From Eremomyces bilateralis CBS 781.70 (taxonomy: Eukaryota), in NCBI GenBank assembly GCA_010015585.1, contig ML975158.1: a stretch of DNA of 34,473 nucleotides. One strand, 5' to 3'. Made by a program: the position numbers and the translations under genes. Position 1 is the stretch's first letter, and each line of letters begins with the position of its first letter. Shown here in pieces: positions 1-11,851 of the stretch. The notes under the pieces are model-generated. The model searched no databases and was not told the origin of the DNA. It saw only the letters and a program-made list of their open reading frames with translations.

Positions 1-302
1 AGGGCGATGAGGACGCTGAAGGAAGCGAAGGAGCAGACGAGTTGGCGGAAGACCTAGAGGCCAGCTATATTTCGAGAGACTCATTTGACCAGGGCGGGAA
101 CCTCGATGATTCAATCATGGAGAGTATTGAAGGCGATGTAGGAGATGAAGATGAAGGAATCTTCGAAGAAGCTGACAAGCAATTGAACGGGACACCTGAA
201 GCTTTGCCTGCCACAGAGATAAACTTAGGTAGTGCCACTGATGATACCAGGGAGTCTGGTTCTACCTCTCATGGCAAACCCAAGAAGCTGGGCAATCGAT
301 AG
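1..302 (+). CDS. 3' end of a gene entering from the left edge; acidic low-complexity C-terminus, product unknown
   Basis: Open D/E-rich frame from the window edge to TAG at 300-302, followed by an AT-rich 3' region. No recognisable domain. Confidence 0.45.
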   Translation, partial: GDEDAEGSEGADELAEDLEASYISRDSFDQGGNLDDSIMESIEGDVGDEDEGIFEEADKQLNGTPEALPATEINLGSATDDTRESGSTSHGKPKKLGNR

Positions 303-2111
303 TATAATATAATACGATCAAGAACGGCTAGACTCATAGAACGAGTAAGCCCTTTAATATTAATGAAGTTTTGAGTGACTCCGGCTTGGCTCTATCCATC
401 CTGATACAAAGATTGCACTACTGATGAAGGCATTAAGGCCAGGCTAATATAACCCAGTACACTGCAGTCAATCCGACTTGTGTTTTTACGACCGGCCTAC
501 AATTCCTCCGTTCGCATCTACATCGTAGTTCAACTCGGGTTGAAGCCAGTCCACTGTTGTATCGGACTTATCGTTTTGAATCGGGACCTCCTGTTGAGGC
601 AATGCCATCAACCCAGAGGGGGGATATATCTGCGTGTAGTCCCAGCTCGCAATATCGAAATTGAGTTCGGAATGTCTAGGATATTCAACCTTAGCTTTCA
701 GTCCTTATCTGTGCTAGGAGAGCTTACACATGTAGCGTGGCTTGACCGGATATCTCCTCTGAATCCCGAAAATTGGGGCCAATCGTGGCAACACTGGGAA
801 CTCGGAAGTTCGCGCCGAAATTCTGCGCCCCTGGTACACATCAGTTAACTATGACCGAATTCAGTCGGGTCAGTCGTACCCAATAACTCTCGCTTCCCAG
901 TGCTAAATTGAAGCCTTGAATGAACATCAAAAACGAACTTCGCATGGATGGCCCCAGCCGAGCGGAACCAAATGTGAGACTGCTAAAAGCTCCGTAAGTT
1001 TCCCAAAGTACCTTGTGCAAAGTAGCATCTATACCTTCTTATAGCGAGTAATTTCGGCATCCCTCCGACCGAGCGGATGGATTACGGCACTGAGTCCGCA
1101 CCGCGTGATTAGTCCCAACCGCGCAATATGGCCCATGATGCGTTCGAGTTGAGTATCTGCGATCGCGCCACCAATCGGCAAACTTTAGCAGTCGACAGAC
1201 CCTTCCAATATAAGTCAATCTCCCTATCTCTCAACACGCTCTCGTGGAGGCTGAATCGAGCTTGAACAATGCTGCAACCGCCCCGTTTCCAGATCTACCG
1301 CATGAAGCATGTACATGCTCCGCTGCGATGGACTCGGGTAGTACGTCAGTCTTGCTAAGTTCAGCGCTTCCGCCAGAGCATCTCTACTGCTGTAGCGGCT
1401 TTTCAACTTGGCTGATCGACTTAGGGGATATGGGACGGCGAAGGTAGCGGGCGATCCTCTAACTCCTTTAGCATAAATGAGCACACGACTTCTGGATCTA
1501 TCGCAAGAGCAAGCGCTGAGAGCTGCTCGAAAGTCAACCGCTATTATCCACTGATGACCCTGAATTCCTACCACGTAAGCCATCCTTCATCCCTTCGTCC
1601 CCCTCCTCTGTGTGCTGCCTCATCCGTTCGCATGAACAAGTGCACCGCTTCCGGGGCCCATCGTAAGAGCAAGCACTGGGACCTACTCCACAGTAGAGGG
1701 CTGCTGTCCATTTGATTATTATATTCCTCCGATCTCTCCTGTATCCATCTTTTTCCTGACGGCCACGACCTTTAACGTCCAGGATATATCATTGTACAAG
1801 CACCTCGCAAAATCACTTAGCATAGTGGTAGAACTTTGTACATCGCAACTCGATACTCGTGAATTTGGCGCCGAAGGAGACGGACGCGACTTGGGTCGGC
1901 TTTATTCAAACTACTTAAGTAACGTATGTTCGAAAGTCATTTGCTCTTTCATACCCAGAATTCTGACATACATTGAGTCCACATTGTACTGTCCTTTTCC
2001 CCAAAGATGCCGCTGCACTTCGAGCATCAGCAACCCCTTAGACCCGGCGTGTTGTATCGCTTCAAGGTCTCATATGGCAGAAATCACGGGCAGAGATATG
2101 CCCATCTGGCA

Positions 2112-3458
2112 TTAAGTGCCAGTGTATCCCCCCCGGGCAGCAATAGCACGCGCGACCCTAATACTCGGCTCGTCCAAATACCGTGTGGACAACTCCGCAA
2201 GGAGCATATTTAATGGCAGAATAACCACCTGCGAAGCCAGAAACCCCGTCGAAAACCCGATAGGCCCAATATCCGGTATTGCAAGTTTATAATCGTACCA
2301 GGTCGAAAATTGCCCCCGGATACCGCCAAACATGCGTTCGACACGGTCTCCAACGGTAAAAAGGAAAGGAATATGAAGGAGGTAAAGCGAGAAGCTAATG
2401 CGTCCAAGATATTTTAGCCACTTCGTCAGAAAAAAGGACTGCAGCCATTTAAGCCTAAGGACAGCGTAGACGAGAATTATGGCGCCGGGGGTGTTGTAAA
2501 AGCGCCAATACTCGTCCTCAAAGTAATTCCGCGGAGTAAAGACCATCGTCAAGTAATACCAACCGGGCGTATTATAAGAAAGTTCGGGATCGTCGCGTTT
2601 ATTCGCCGGTTGACATAGAAGCCACCATGACAAAAAGAACAATACGTTCAAGGCCACTTTCACCCACTGCTTCGAGAACTGCTTGAGCAAAGCATGGTCG
2701 ATGCCATCCAGATCATTTATGGCCAGAACCACACCGCCCATAAAACAAGCCATAGACCATTTTTTAACCGAGAAAAGGATAATACCGGCAACGCTGAAAA
2801 GGCTCAATCGATATCGTGGGATAAACGTCGCCACGGCTAGCATAAAATATACTAGCAAGGAGCCTGCGTATTCAACTGGCATTGTCCAAGCCGGCGGGAG
2901 GTATAGATACCCTCGCGCAAAGGTCCCCGGAGAGGCGAAAGGATTCATCCATAAAGCGGTCTCCCAGATCCAATTCTGTAATTCCAAAAAAAAACTCTCT
3001 TTAGGCACCGGAAATTCCAAGGTTGGAGCGAGTCCAAACGGCAGATGCATAACAAAGACAAACGCAAGCGCGATGCTTAACGCAGGAATATACAGCCGGA
3101 AAGGACGCCGAATAAACGCAGAGATCAACCTGCGATGCGCTGCTGCAGTATCTCCATCGCGGATAAGTTGAAGTGGACCCGCGCTAAGCACATAGCCCGA
3201 GAGGACGAAAAAGATAGCAACCGCTGCATTGCCACCGTTGAAAAGGCTGCGGATGAAGGGGAAGGTTGCAAATGCCGTTTGGCCGTGATATCCAAATCCT
3301 TCATGGAGGTTATCTTCGCGATACCACCAAGTGTGTTGATGGGACAGATAGACCATAAGACAGGCGACACCGCGAAGTCCATCGAGGCAAGCAGAAGACC
3401 GTTCCGGCGGAGACCGCCCCGGTAGATTGGCTACCGGTATTCTTGGTTCTTCCCTCAT
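2112..3458 (-). CDS. Acyltransferase-3 family (OafA-like) polytopic membrane O-acyltransferase
   Basis: Intact ORF of about 448 aa from the ATG at 3458. It has the motifs LDGLRGVACLMVYLSH, AVAIFFVLSGYVL, RRPFRLY, WTMPVEYAGS and YLGRISFSLYLLH, and many TM segments. A possible 5'UTR intron lies at about 3497-3547 (GTGAGT...CTAAT...CAG). Confidence 0.92.
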   Translation of the reverse strand: MREEPRIPVANLPGRSPPERSSACLDGLRGVACLMVYLSHQHTWWYREDNLHEGFGYHGQTAFATFPFIRSLFNGGNAAVAIFFVLSGYVLSAGPLQLIRDGDTAAAHRRLISAFIRRPFRLYIPALSIALAFVFVMHLPFGLAPTLEFPVPKESFFLELQNWIWETALWMNPFASPGTFARGYLYLPPAWTMPVEYAGSLLVYFMLAVATFIPRYRLSLFSVAGIILFSVKKWSMACFMGGVVLAINDLDGIDHALLKQFSKQWVKVALNVLFFLSWWLLCQPANKRDDPELSYNTPGWYYLTMVFTPRNYFEDEYWRFYNTPGAIILVYAVLRLKWLQSFFLTKWLKYLGRISFSLYLLHIPFLFTVGDRVERMFGGIRGQFSTWYDYKLAIPDIGPIGFSTGFLASQVVILPLNMLLAELSTRYLDEPSIRVARAIAARGGYTGT

Positions 3459-3684
3459 TAAAAGAAGCAAGTTTTGGCTTTCGGAATTTCGGCTTTCTGA
3501 TTGATATTAGACACCTCTTCAACAATCCATAGTTCAATATTACTCACCTGATGTCCTTCCGAATCGGGACGACCAATATTCAATGTCGTCACGCTCCACG
3601 TAGTAGCATCGCCGGCCTCGATATTACCGGTACGTTTTGAGATGGAAATATGTCATTTGCGTCGAGACAGGCGAGAATACTAGT

Positions 3685-3752
3685 TGTCACAGGAAGTCGG
3701 GAGAAGGGAGCAGACATGGATCACCTGCCTAGGCCTGATCTGGGCTACCACA
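3685..3752. repeat. 68-bp TGT...ACA-bounded LTR-like fragment
   Basis: Begins TGTCACA and ends CCACA, abutting the truncated pogo terminal repeat. No target-site duplication (CTAGT versus AAGAC). Confidence 0.3.
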
Positions 3753-4163
3753 AAGACCCCTGTTTCGGGACAACCCACTTTCTGGACACCCAACAACGTA
3801 AATCTACAAACATATCGTTCGTACATTATGCACAATAGCTCAACCACAATCGATTCTATATAGTTATAATTGAAACTGAGAACAAAGCGACTCAAACTCA
3901 GTCTGTTGGAGTTCTCGCGATGTCTCCTCTGCATCGTAAATGACTTTTTATTGCGCAGATTTGCGCTCCTCTTCTTTAGCAGCCTCCCGAGCGGCAACGA
4001 TTTGATCAACCGTCGCGAATCGTTCATTAGGATCTGGGACGACTCTTTTTCGTTTCCTAGCACTTCCGCCTACATCTTCCAACGTCTTTTCAAGCCTGGC
4101 AACTTGTGCTTTTAGCGCGGCGATCTCAGCATTCTTCTCTGAAAGCGACTTCGCAATCTTCAT
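3753..4163 (-). mobile_element. 3' fragment of a pogo/Fot1-like DNA transposon (transposase C-terminus plus partial right TIR)
   Basis: Translation KRKRVVPDPNERFATVDQIVAAREAA...Q*KVIYDAEETSRELQQTEFESLCSQFQL* resembles fungal pogo C-termini, with one internal TAA at 3948. A doubled GGGTGTCCAGAAA/GGTTGTCCCGAAA motif at 3755-3792 resembles a Pot2/Fot1-type TIR. Confidence 0.7.
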
Positions 4164-4565
4164 TCCCGCTAGACCACCTAAATACGACTAAGAAATGGGG
4201 GCGCGGTCTGGAGACCGGCGGGTCCCGAAAAATAGAGATATCCTGAAAGCCTGATCTCTGACACCTTTGAAAGCGTATGCCGCTTCCACAGATCCTCGAC
4301 AAGCCGCTCCTCCGCATATACCGGGGTGACTGCAAGCATCGCACGCGTTGATTTGGTGATAGGGAATTCAGAATGGGATACACTCTGGGTTACAGATCTT
4401 GGGCGTTTACGCAGGCGACCGGATCTGACACAAAACGCAATTTCCAGGTGTTCATAATTTCGGGCAGAAACCCTCCAATATCACGCGATATCAAGAAACG
4501 TTAATGCAATCAAACTCGCTGTATCCAAACGATCAAGATATAAACCTTTGAATTGCGGAACGTGT

Positions 4566-6236
4566 TTAATATTTTGGGGCAGCCAGAGGAACGCTGTTGT
4601 CGCCCTTTTCCTCGACCCACGATTCCTCGACGTCCTCGTCAATTTTCTTGATGCCAGCAGCAAGACCTGCAGTGAATAGGGAGTCGACTGCCTCGAGCGT
4701 TTTCCCACCTGTTTCCGGGCACAAGAAGTACCTACTAAGAAGTCAGATGTCGTGATGCTTGTGATGGAGGTGGAAGGGGCGTACACAAATATGATAGCAA
4801 CCACATTCCCGCTCAGAACCCAGGCCCAGAAACTTGGTCCAACATTTGCCAGGCCAATAGGCCCCACGAACACCGTCAGCCATGTCATCAGCCACTCGCC
4901 CTGTATCTCGTTAGCATGAATTTTCGGTTTGGCGTGTAGACTCACGCAAGCAGTAAAGGCGCCTCCAATATGCCTATACTCGAGAGGACTGATCTCGCTG
5001 CAATAGAGCCATACAGAACCTTGCCATGAGTAGCCAAACACAGCGCAGAAGATGAAGATGATCCCAATTGCTGCCCAAGATATGGATGATGTCTGTTCCA
5101 TGAGCTGTAACGTCATGAAAATGGTCATGAGTACGGTCAGTGCCATCGCGCCGTAAAGCAGCACCGACCGCCTTCCCACACGCTCGATGGTGAAGTACAA
5201 TGGCACGCACCCCAAAGCAAAGCAAATGTTGAGAACGCCCGCAAGCATTGAGATAAGCGTCGGGTCAGCCCCTACCCGCTGAAGAATAATTGTGCCTGCA
5301 TGATATTAGCCATTGTTGTGCCACTCAAGGGCACTACAAACTGTAATAAGCGACCAAGCTACTTCCCATCCACTCTCGAATCATAGGCAACCAAAAGCAA
5401 ATACAGAGTCTCCTGACAATCTTGATTGGGGTGCGATCAATGATCCCGCTAGTCAAGAATTGGCTCCAGTGCAAACTATGCGCTGCCTCCAGTTCCTGAT
5501 CGATAACAGCAAAGATCTCCCGCTTTGTCTGCTGAACCTTCTCGGACTCGATAGGCGCATCATTCAGTTGTGCCAAAATTGCATCGCCTTCTTCAATCCT
5601 GTCCTTGGCATAAAGAATCCTAGGCGTGTCTGGTAGGAAGTACATACAACCACCAGATATGATAGCAAAGACACATTGGAGGATAATCGGAATCCGCCAT
5701 GATGCCTGATTTTGCATTTGGATAAAGCCATAGTCGACCCAGTATGCTAGCGGCACACCAGAAATGAGGAGGATGGCATTGAAGGCATTGGCGGGACCTC
5801 GGTCACCGATCTCACTGCCCGTCTCAGCGAGGTAAGTCGGGACCGCTGATGAAATACAGCCAATGCTAAACCCAGTTATCAGTCTCCCGACAACCAGCTG
5901 TGCAATGCTGTACGATGACGCCTGAATTATAGAACCAAAGATCGCGGTAACATTCCCTAGGATGATGGTGCCACGGCGACCAATGCGGAAAGTGAAGAAT
6001 GAGATCGCAAGAGCAGTAACGCAGGCTGCTAGGCTATATGAAGAGGTAATCATTGGAATGGTGTATTTCCCAGTTGGGTTCCCAATGGCGTCGAGGAAAG
6101 GTTGATGTAAGAGGACCCCGCCAAGGACTCCCGCGTCGTAGCCATACATCATGAACGCTGTACCGCAGACCACCTTGATAAGCCAGTACAGCTTCTTACC
6201 GCGGAGGTTCTTGAAAGGTGAATGAAAGAGGGCCAT
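4566..6236 (-). CDS. MFS sugar porter (STL1-like sugar/polyol transporter), 4 exons
   Basis: Exons 6236-5342, 5295-4946, 4900-4785 and 4731-4566 join in frame through GT-AG introns with CTAAT/CTAAC/CTGAC branch points. Motifs include GYDAG, RIGRR, PTYLAE, PDTPR, ERVGRR and PETGGKTLE. Confidence 0.93.
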
Positions 6237-6293
6237 GATGGCGGTTTATGATCTAATAAAGAGCGCTCCGGCAACAGAAAGGAGTTTGAGAGG

Positions 6294-6334
6294 AAAAAGA
6301 AGATGAGATAAAAAAAGAAGATGAGATAAAAAAA
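6294..6334 (+). repeat. Short tandem duplication (AAAAAGAAGATGAGATAAAA x2) upstream of the transporter
   Basis: Two adjacent copies visible directly; on the coding strand this is a pyrimidine-rich promoter/5'UTR tract. Confidence 0.7.
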
Positions 6335-7030
6335 GCAAATTCACACGGGCAGAGCAGAAATACCTTTTCTATACGAGTACCTTTATAGCGACTTCTATAT
6401 ATCCGATCAGCTTCAGCGTTGGTCGGTACGTACCCTCGGCTATCTCCAAACGTCCCGGAAGATCTGCACCAAATGTCACGGCACGCCCTGCGGAACCAGG
6501 ATTAATGGCTGGTGAGATTTGTCACATTCGCGGGGGTGATGTTACGGCACGGTAAGCTGGATGCACACAACATACACATAGCCAAAGATATTCTAGATCG
6601 AGATAAAGAGTAAAGGTATCTATGCCCACTATGACAGAGGGATCTTGATGAGGTTCCATCTCGACGCTACTAGGCTTGATTAGGCTTAGGCTCTCTGCCT
6701 ATCCCTTACTAGGTTTTCATGCCACTGGCATGGCCGCGCTAGCACCACCCCATTAAGCACTTAGCCTAGTTTGGAAGAATTACGAGTTCTTACTTATCAA
6801 GATGTCACATTTGATAACTAAATGTCGCAGACCAAGGTTTCATCTAAGGGAGCTCGAGGCTACAAACTGCATTAATAAACTTGCCACGAATCTCATATAT
6901 CTGGAGGGCCAGGGGACCAGGCATTGACATAAGAACACGCAACTTGAACGCAACTTTCAGATACCTAGAACACAGAACAATACAACAACTTCGCTGCTGG
7001 AACAACAGCACCTCACTCCCAACCATTTTA

Positions 7031-7118
7031 CTGTACTAACTACTAGTTAACTGAGTTAACTAGTTAACAGTAACTTACTAAGTTAACTAGTTAGTTAACT
7101 TAATAACTAACTAACTAA
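7031..7118. repeat. AT-rich cluster of GTTAAC palindromes and ACTA repeats, probably a heavily RIP-mutated transposon terminus
   Basis: Five GTTAAC copies in about 60 bp with strong TpA enrichment, abutting the left end of the Tc1 element. Confidence 0.55.
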
Positions 7119-8413
7119 GCCAAAAGTCTGCGCACAGACCCCATTCTCAGCTGAATATCTCTACACCCACCCCTTACTTTGACAATCAATAACTTTACCA
7201 AAATGAGGTCTTTTGGCACAAAAATAAGTGGTAATCGAGGGCTAATAAGGAGTTATCGGCCGCTCAAAGAGTTGGGATTTTTCAGGCTGCTGAAGATGGG
7301 AAACCAAAGACTGAAATCGCGCGGAACTTTCGCGTCTCTAGAAGCGCGGTGTATGGGACTCTAGAGAGGTGGGAAGAACATCAAACCACCGTATCTTTAC
7401 CCCGTGAAGGGTGTCCCTATAAGCTATCACGCCCTGACGAACGGCATATCGTTCAAATCGCGCGTCGATTTCCTAAAATAGAGTATAGAGAGCTCCTCGC
7501 AGGTATTTCGTACCTCCGCATTTCTAGGAAGACTATCTACCGAACTCTTAAGAAATATCACCTTATGATATGGCGAGCGAAGAAGAGGCCTTACCTGAAG
7601 CCCCACCACGCAAGAGACCGCCTCCGATTTGCCCACGAATTCCTTGAATTCGACTTCTCCCGGACCCACTCCACGGACGAGTACTCGTATGAGAAGGGGG
7701 CGGGCGGTAAGCAGGTATGGGTATGGCGACTGTACCACGAGGCATATGATCCGCAAATGGTAGAGCCTAAGACCTCTGGCAAGGCCATTTCACAGATGAT
7801 ATGGGGCTCAATCTCGCGTGATGGGAGGTTAGACCTGGTGATCATAGACCGCGACGAAACCTCCGCAAGACAGGGCTATTCCGCGAAATCCTACATCGCT
7901 ACGTTAGAGGAGGGACTTCACCCTACGTACGAACCCGGGGATGTTGTTATCCAGGATAACGCAAGGATCTATACGGCTAAAATCACCCAAGAATGGCTGG
8001 AGACGCACGGCATTTGGGTCATCGATTGGCCGGCCAATTCCCCAGACATCAACCCCATCGAGCACATATGGCATCTGTTGAAATCAAAGGTCCTAGAGCT
8101 GTACCCTGAATTGAAGACGATGGGCGCCTCGGAGGAGGCACGGGAGGCCATGAATGCGGCGTTAAAGGAGGCGTGGTGGGCGATCCCTCAGGAGACGATC
8201 CGAGAGCTGATCGACTCAATTCCGCGACGTCTACGGGCGGTAATCAAGGAAAAAGGGTGGCATACGAAATATTAGATATTTACCAATTAAGAAATCAAAA
8301 AAGTAGACTGAATTTGCATTTGTATGTGTTTTGCAGCGTATCTCAAGATACGGTGTATAGCGATTAGATTTGGTGATTTTCGGGGGTGTGTGCAGACATT
8401 TGTCTACTTAGTG
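7110..8413 (+). mobile_element. Tc1/mariner DD34E DNA transposon, about 1.3 kb
   Basis: Imperfect TIRs: left CCAAAAGTCTGCGCACAGACCCC, right GGGGTGTGTGCAGACATTTGTCTACTTAGTG followed by TA at 8414. They enclose a transposase frame. Confidence 0.88.
7203..8275 (+). pseudogene. Tc1-like transposase (HTH plus DD34E), frameshifted near 7240
   Basis: MRSFGTKISGNRG, then a frameshift, then NKELSAAQRVGIFQ...EIARNFRVSRSAVY. Catalytic motifs are STDE, QDNA and WPANSPDINPIE, with 34 residues between the second D and E. DNARIY (expected H) and DEYS (expected C) fit RIP transitions. Confidence 0.9.
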
Positions 8414-8674
8414 TAGCAAAAGTGGAAGACCCTCAAATCATCGGTCGTCAGTATCCAACCGAGATATATCAGGGCCGAGTGAAGTCTTATAAAGGGCTAT
8501 TTCTATCCTCCTATTCGCAGTGTCCCTTTCTAACCGTATTCCTATCTCTTTACTATTCATCCCATTCAGTAAGAAGAATCGAGTTCCTTTTTAGTCGTTC
8601 TTTTTTATAACTAACCAAGTTCAATCCTTCTCTTTCCGAACTTCGTCCCTTCGTTGGGATTGTCATCCTCTACC

Positions 8675-9090
8675 ATGAAGGCCTCTCAAACTATCGTCCC
8701 CATTGCTATGGGCCTCTTCCCAGCCCTCTCTCATGCCCAGGCCGTCTGGGGCTGGCAAATGGAGAACGTCCCCAAGGATGGTATCAAGGAAATTACCTTC
8801 CCTATGGACACCACCGGCACGGAACATATGGGGTTTTGCTACTACGCCAACCAGTTCCTCTTCGTCGGACACAGGGACGTCGGCTACGCTGGCCTGCAGC
8901 CCGCGTACGACGTCAACGGCACTAGCCGCATCCGCGGTGTCATATCGGCATGCCTTGGGAATCTGGCGGCTGTGTCGGGACATCCAACTAGAAGGCCGAG
9001 CGTACCGAGGAAGATGATGGCGTTCGCATGACTACCGGCTGGTTATCGTTGACCGAATATACCCGGACTTTGGGGGCTTAATAATTGGAT
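8675..9090 (+). pseudogene. Secreted fungal protein (DUF3472-like family by recollection), 3' part degenerate
   Basis: Signal-peptide-like MKASQTIVPIAMGLFPALSHA followed by GIKEITFPM...YYANQFLF...VGYAGLQP, with GC3-rich codons. The frame loses coherence after about 8950 and stops at 9031. Confidence 0.55.
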
Positions 9091-9454
9091 GTTGGAAGGA
9101 TTACAGGGTTCTTGGAAATCTGCAAACACCCTGTGGGATGGTCTGGTCGAAATATTTGTGCATATGCCTGGAGGAACGAAGTGCCTGGAGGAACTCTAAG
9201 GTTTATGCCGCCGTTTGCCAGGAGGAACAAGAGATGCGAACCCGCAAGCGGGTGTCGCTGAAAGAGAACCTGGAGGAACGAAGCTAGAGGTTGCAGTTTT
9301 TGGAAGTCCTACCCAAAAAAAGTAGTCGAATTATATTCACAGAAGCATTACAAAGGTATTGAATTTTACTACGACATACATCCTTAAGCGCTCGAGTTCA
9401 TTCACCATATTCTACGAAGTCTTGTCACGATTAAAGGATCCAGCTCACAACAAC

Positions 9455-9757
9455 ATGAGTCCGACTCTATAAGCCCGAAGTGCTGCGGGCCTTCTACAAG
9501 ATGATCCCGACTTCTTTCCCTTACAGTTCACATCTCTCAATCCTGACGAGCAGATGGTTATCTTGCGCGGTATTCGTGAGAACCTTCTCTGCCTAAAGGA
9601 AGTGAAAAATAAGTGGAATATCTTATGCAGAACAATGCCAGCAATTAATCGTCAAATTCAAAGTGACATCTCTCTGTTCATTCCGTGCACTTGTGGGGAT
9701 GCCGAGGATGCTGAACTCCCAGAGTATAAAGAGGCTACAAAATTCCGAGGTCCTTAG
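9455..9757 (+). pseudogene. Small (about 100-codon) hypothetical gene with one premature TAA
   Basis: Good start context CACAACAACATG at 9455. Codon 6 is TAA, and the frame is otherwise open and continuous with ORF 9554-9757. Confidence 0.3.
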
Positions 9758-11851
9758 GAGTGGGGTGGCAATATGGCTACTGCGATTAGGTTAACGGCTG
9801 CTTTTGCTCAAGTGACAGTGTTATGGTCTAGAAGGGACAAGGCCGCTTAGTATATTCATTTCATTGTGTAAGCTTGGAAACATTGGGCGTCCATTTCATC
9901 CAATTCGGTCAGTTTAATATTCTATTTCACGGCACACCGATAATGCGGTGGAAACTCGAGGCCGTGTAGGAGTAAATAACCTATCAGCGGAGAATTAATG
10001 TTTTGTGCGGTTTTCTCATAGTCCAGTATCGCAGCTCTCTGCGTCGTCATTGGGGCTCTCTACATCGGCCTTGCAATACTAAGAGCCAGCAAGGACTTCA
10101 CGCCAGGGAACATAATCTGTTCCCTTTAGACTCTAGTAGACGAGAGGAAGATAGCCAACACGGCAAATGTAAGATTGGCCATATTAGCCATGGTTGTCCC
10201 ATTCTCGCCAGAGTAGGCTTCCAAAGTGTTGTCCCATCCGACCACGGATAGATAATAAGGCGCCTCTACCTTGTCAGCAAATGACAACCCCTTTAATCGC
10301 TCATTCTCTTCTCGAGTTTGACATCGGTACCCGTTCCACTGTACAACATATGTCCGACGTCCATTCTTCCTGACTTCCCCATCATTGAAAGTCCTTGGGC
10401 TGCCTCTGCCGGATGTGACGTGGGTAGAAGATAAGTCTGATACCGTATATAGGAGCTCCAGTCCCTTGCTTTCCGGCCCCCAGCAACGGGGCACTCATGG
10501 CTCGTGTTTGATATTTCTGTCGTGGCGTCATTCTCGCAGACGTGCTAGCATAGGCATGGTACGGAAGCGTCTGCTGGCTTGGATTTGGTGCGGGAAAGTG
10601 CATCGATGTAACGAAGGGTTCGTCACATACGAATAGCCGGGCTGTGGGGGGGGCATCGAGAAACCTATAGTCCGCAGTTCAGACGGAAACCAGGACCATT
10701 GGCAAGAACGGGTGAGGATGGCATCAGGGTGTGGTTGGTACCGCTAAGGGCGATCAACGGAGTGAGACGCGCCCGAAAACGAAGAGATACGGGGAGAATT
10801 GGTAAGGTTGGAAGGGGTATTTGGTTTGTAGGATAGGGCGTGGTGCGTGCACAAAGGCCTCGGTTGGGGTATGAGTAGCTAGGGGCCTGCGCTAGTCGGT
10901 GTCGAAGAAGGTATAGAACGCTGAGATGTAGTGGGAGAGGGCCGAGGGTGGATGTTGGGCGGGATTTGGTCGGTAGGTGTGTGGGTGCTCGGAGTGAGCA
11001 TTCTATCCGTCAGGATAATATCTGGTGCGTATGAGCAGGGCAGAAGTAGGAGCAAGTCCGCCAGGATGGATGAACGGAGTTCCCGGGGAAAATTCTTTAT
11101 GAGCATGATGTATGTACGCGCGATCAAAATGGATTGGAAATTCTTGTAGAAGCGGAGGACGCTTCTTGAGTAGGGAAAGGAATGCTCAAAAACGCTTCTT
11201 GAGCATTCCTTTCCAAAAAGCAAGACAACATACTTCAACTTCAGTCAAACCAGTGCGACCACAGATTTCGTTGCTGGCGGAATTTGCAAGATACTATAAT
11301 GAGGAGGTCCTGATCGAAGAAGAACTCACCTCCATGGTCTTGTAACGCTGCTATAGCGTGGTTCAAACAGCTTCTCATCGCAAAAATTTCTTGCTCGAGT
11401 GTTTCATTCTTTCGCCAAGCCTACATATGTGTGCTACTGCGATCGTCGCAGCTCGTTAGCTCGGCGATATGGCGCTCCAAACACTTAATGTGGTACATGG
11501 GTAAGTAAGGCAGTCAGGCTGATTGTGACTCTCATGAAAAACATTCGGATTATTTGCTAACCATTGATTCTTCACTTGAGGCCCACAGGGCGAAACGGTG
11601 AATTTGAGGATATGCCAGTACGATTGGGCGATAAATTACACTAGTATTCAGATATTGAAAATACAACGCGTTCGCCAATAAGAGCTCCTGAAAAATGATA
11701 ATACAGCTGTGCCGATATATTGGGCAAATGTCAGTCAGTGTTTGCCTTAACGCCGTGCGCCTCAACATCAACTTAATTGGAAAGGGTCAAAGGGATATCT
11801 AGATGTATATCCGGGTGTGACGTAGGAACAATTCCAATTTCCAAGGGCGCC

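Noticed and set aside
480..1700. Possible degenerate minus-strand gene (intron-like GTAAGC...CTAAG...TAG near 675-725)
   Set aside because: All frames are broken by stops and no family is recognisable, so support is too weak.
2683..3425. Plus-strand ORFs over the acyltransferase, and similar antisense ORFs over the transporter, transposases and chitinase
   Set aside because: They are shadow frames opposite well-supported genes and have no motifs of their own.
4165..4393. Possible truncated LTR starting TGTAACC on the minus strand
   Set aside because: No matching CA end, TSD or second copy in the window.
9167..9284. CRISPR-like repeat-spacer pattern
   Set aside because: The repeats are only 11-15 bp, the spacers are unequal, the context is eukaryotic and there are no cas genes.
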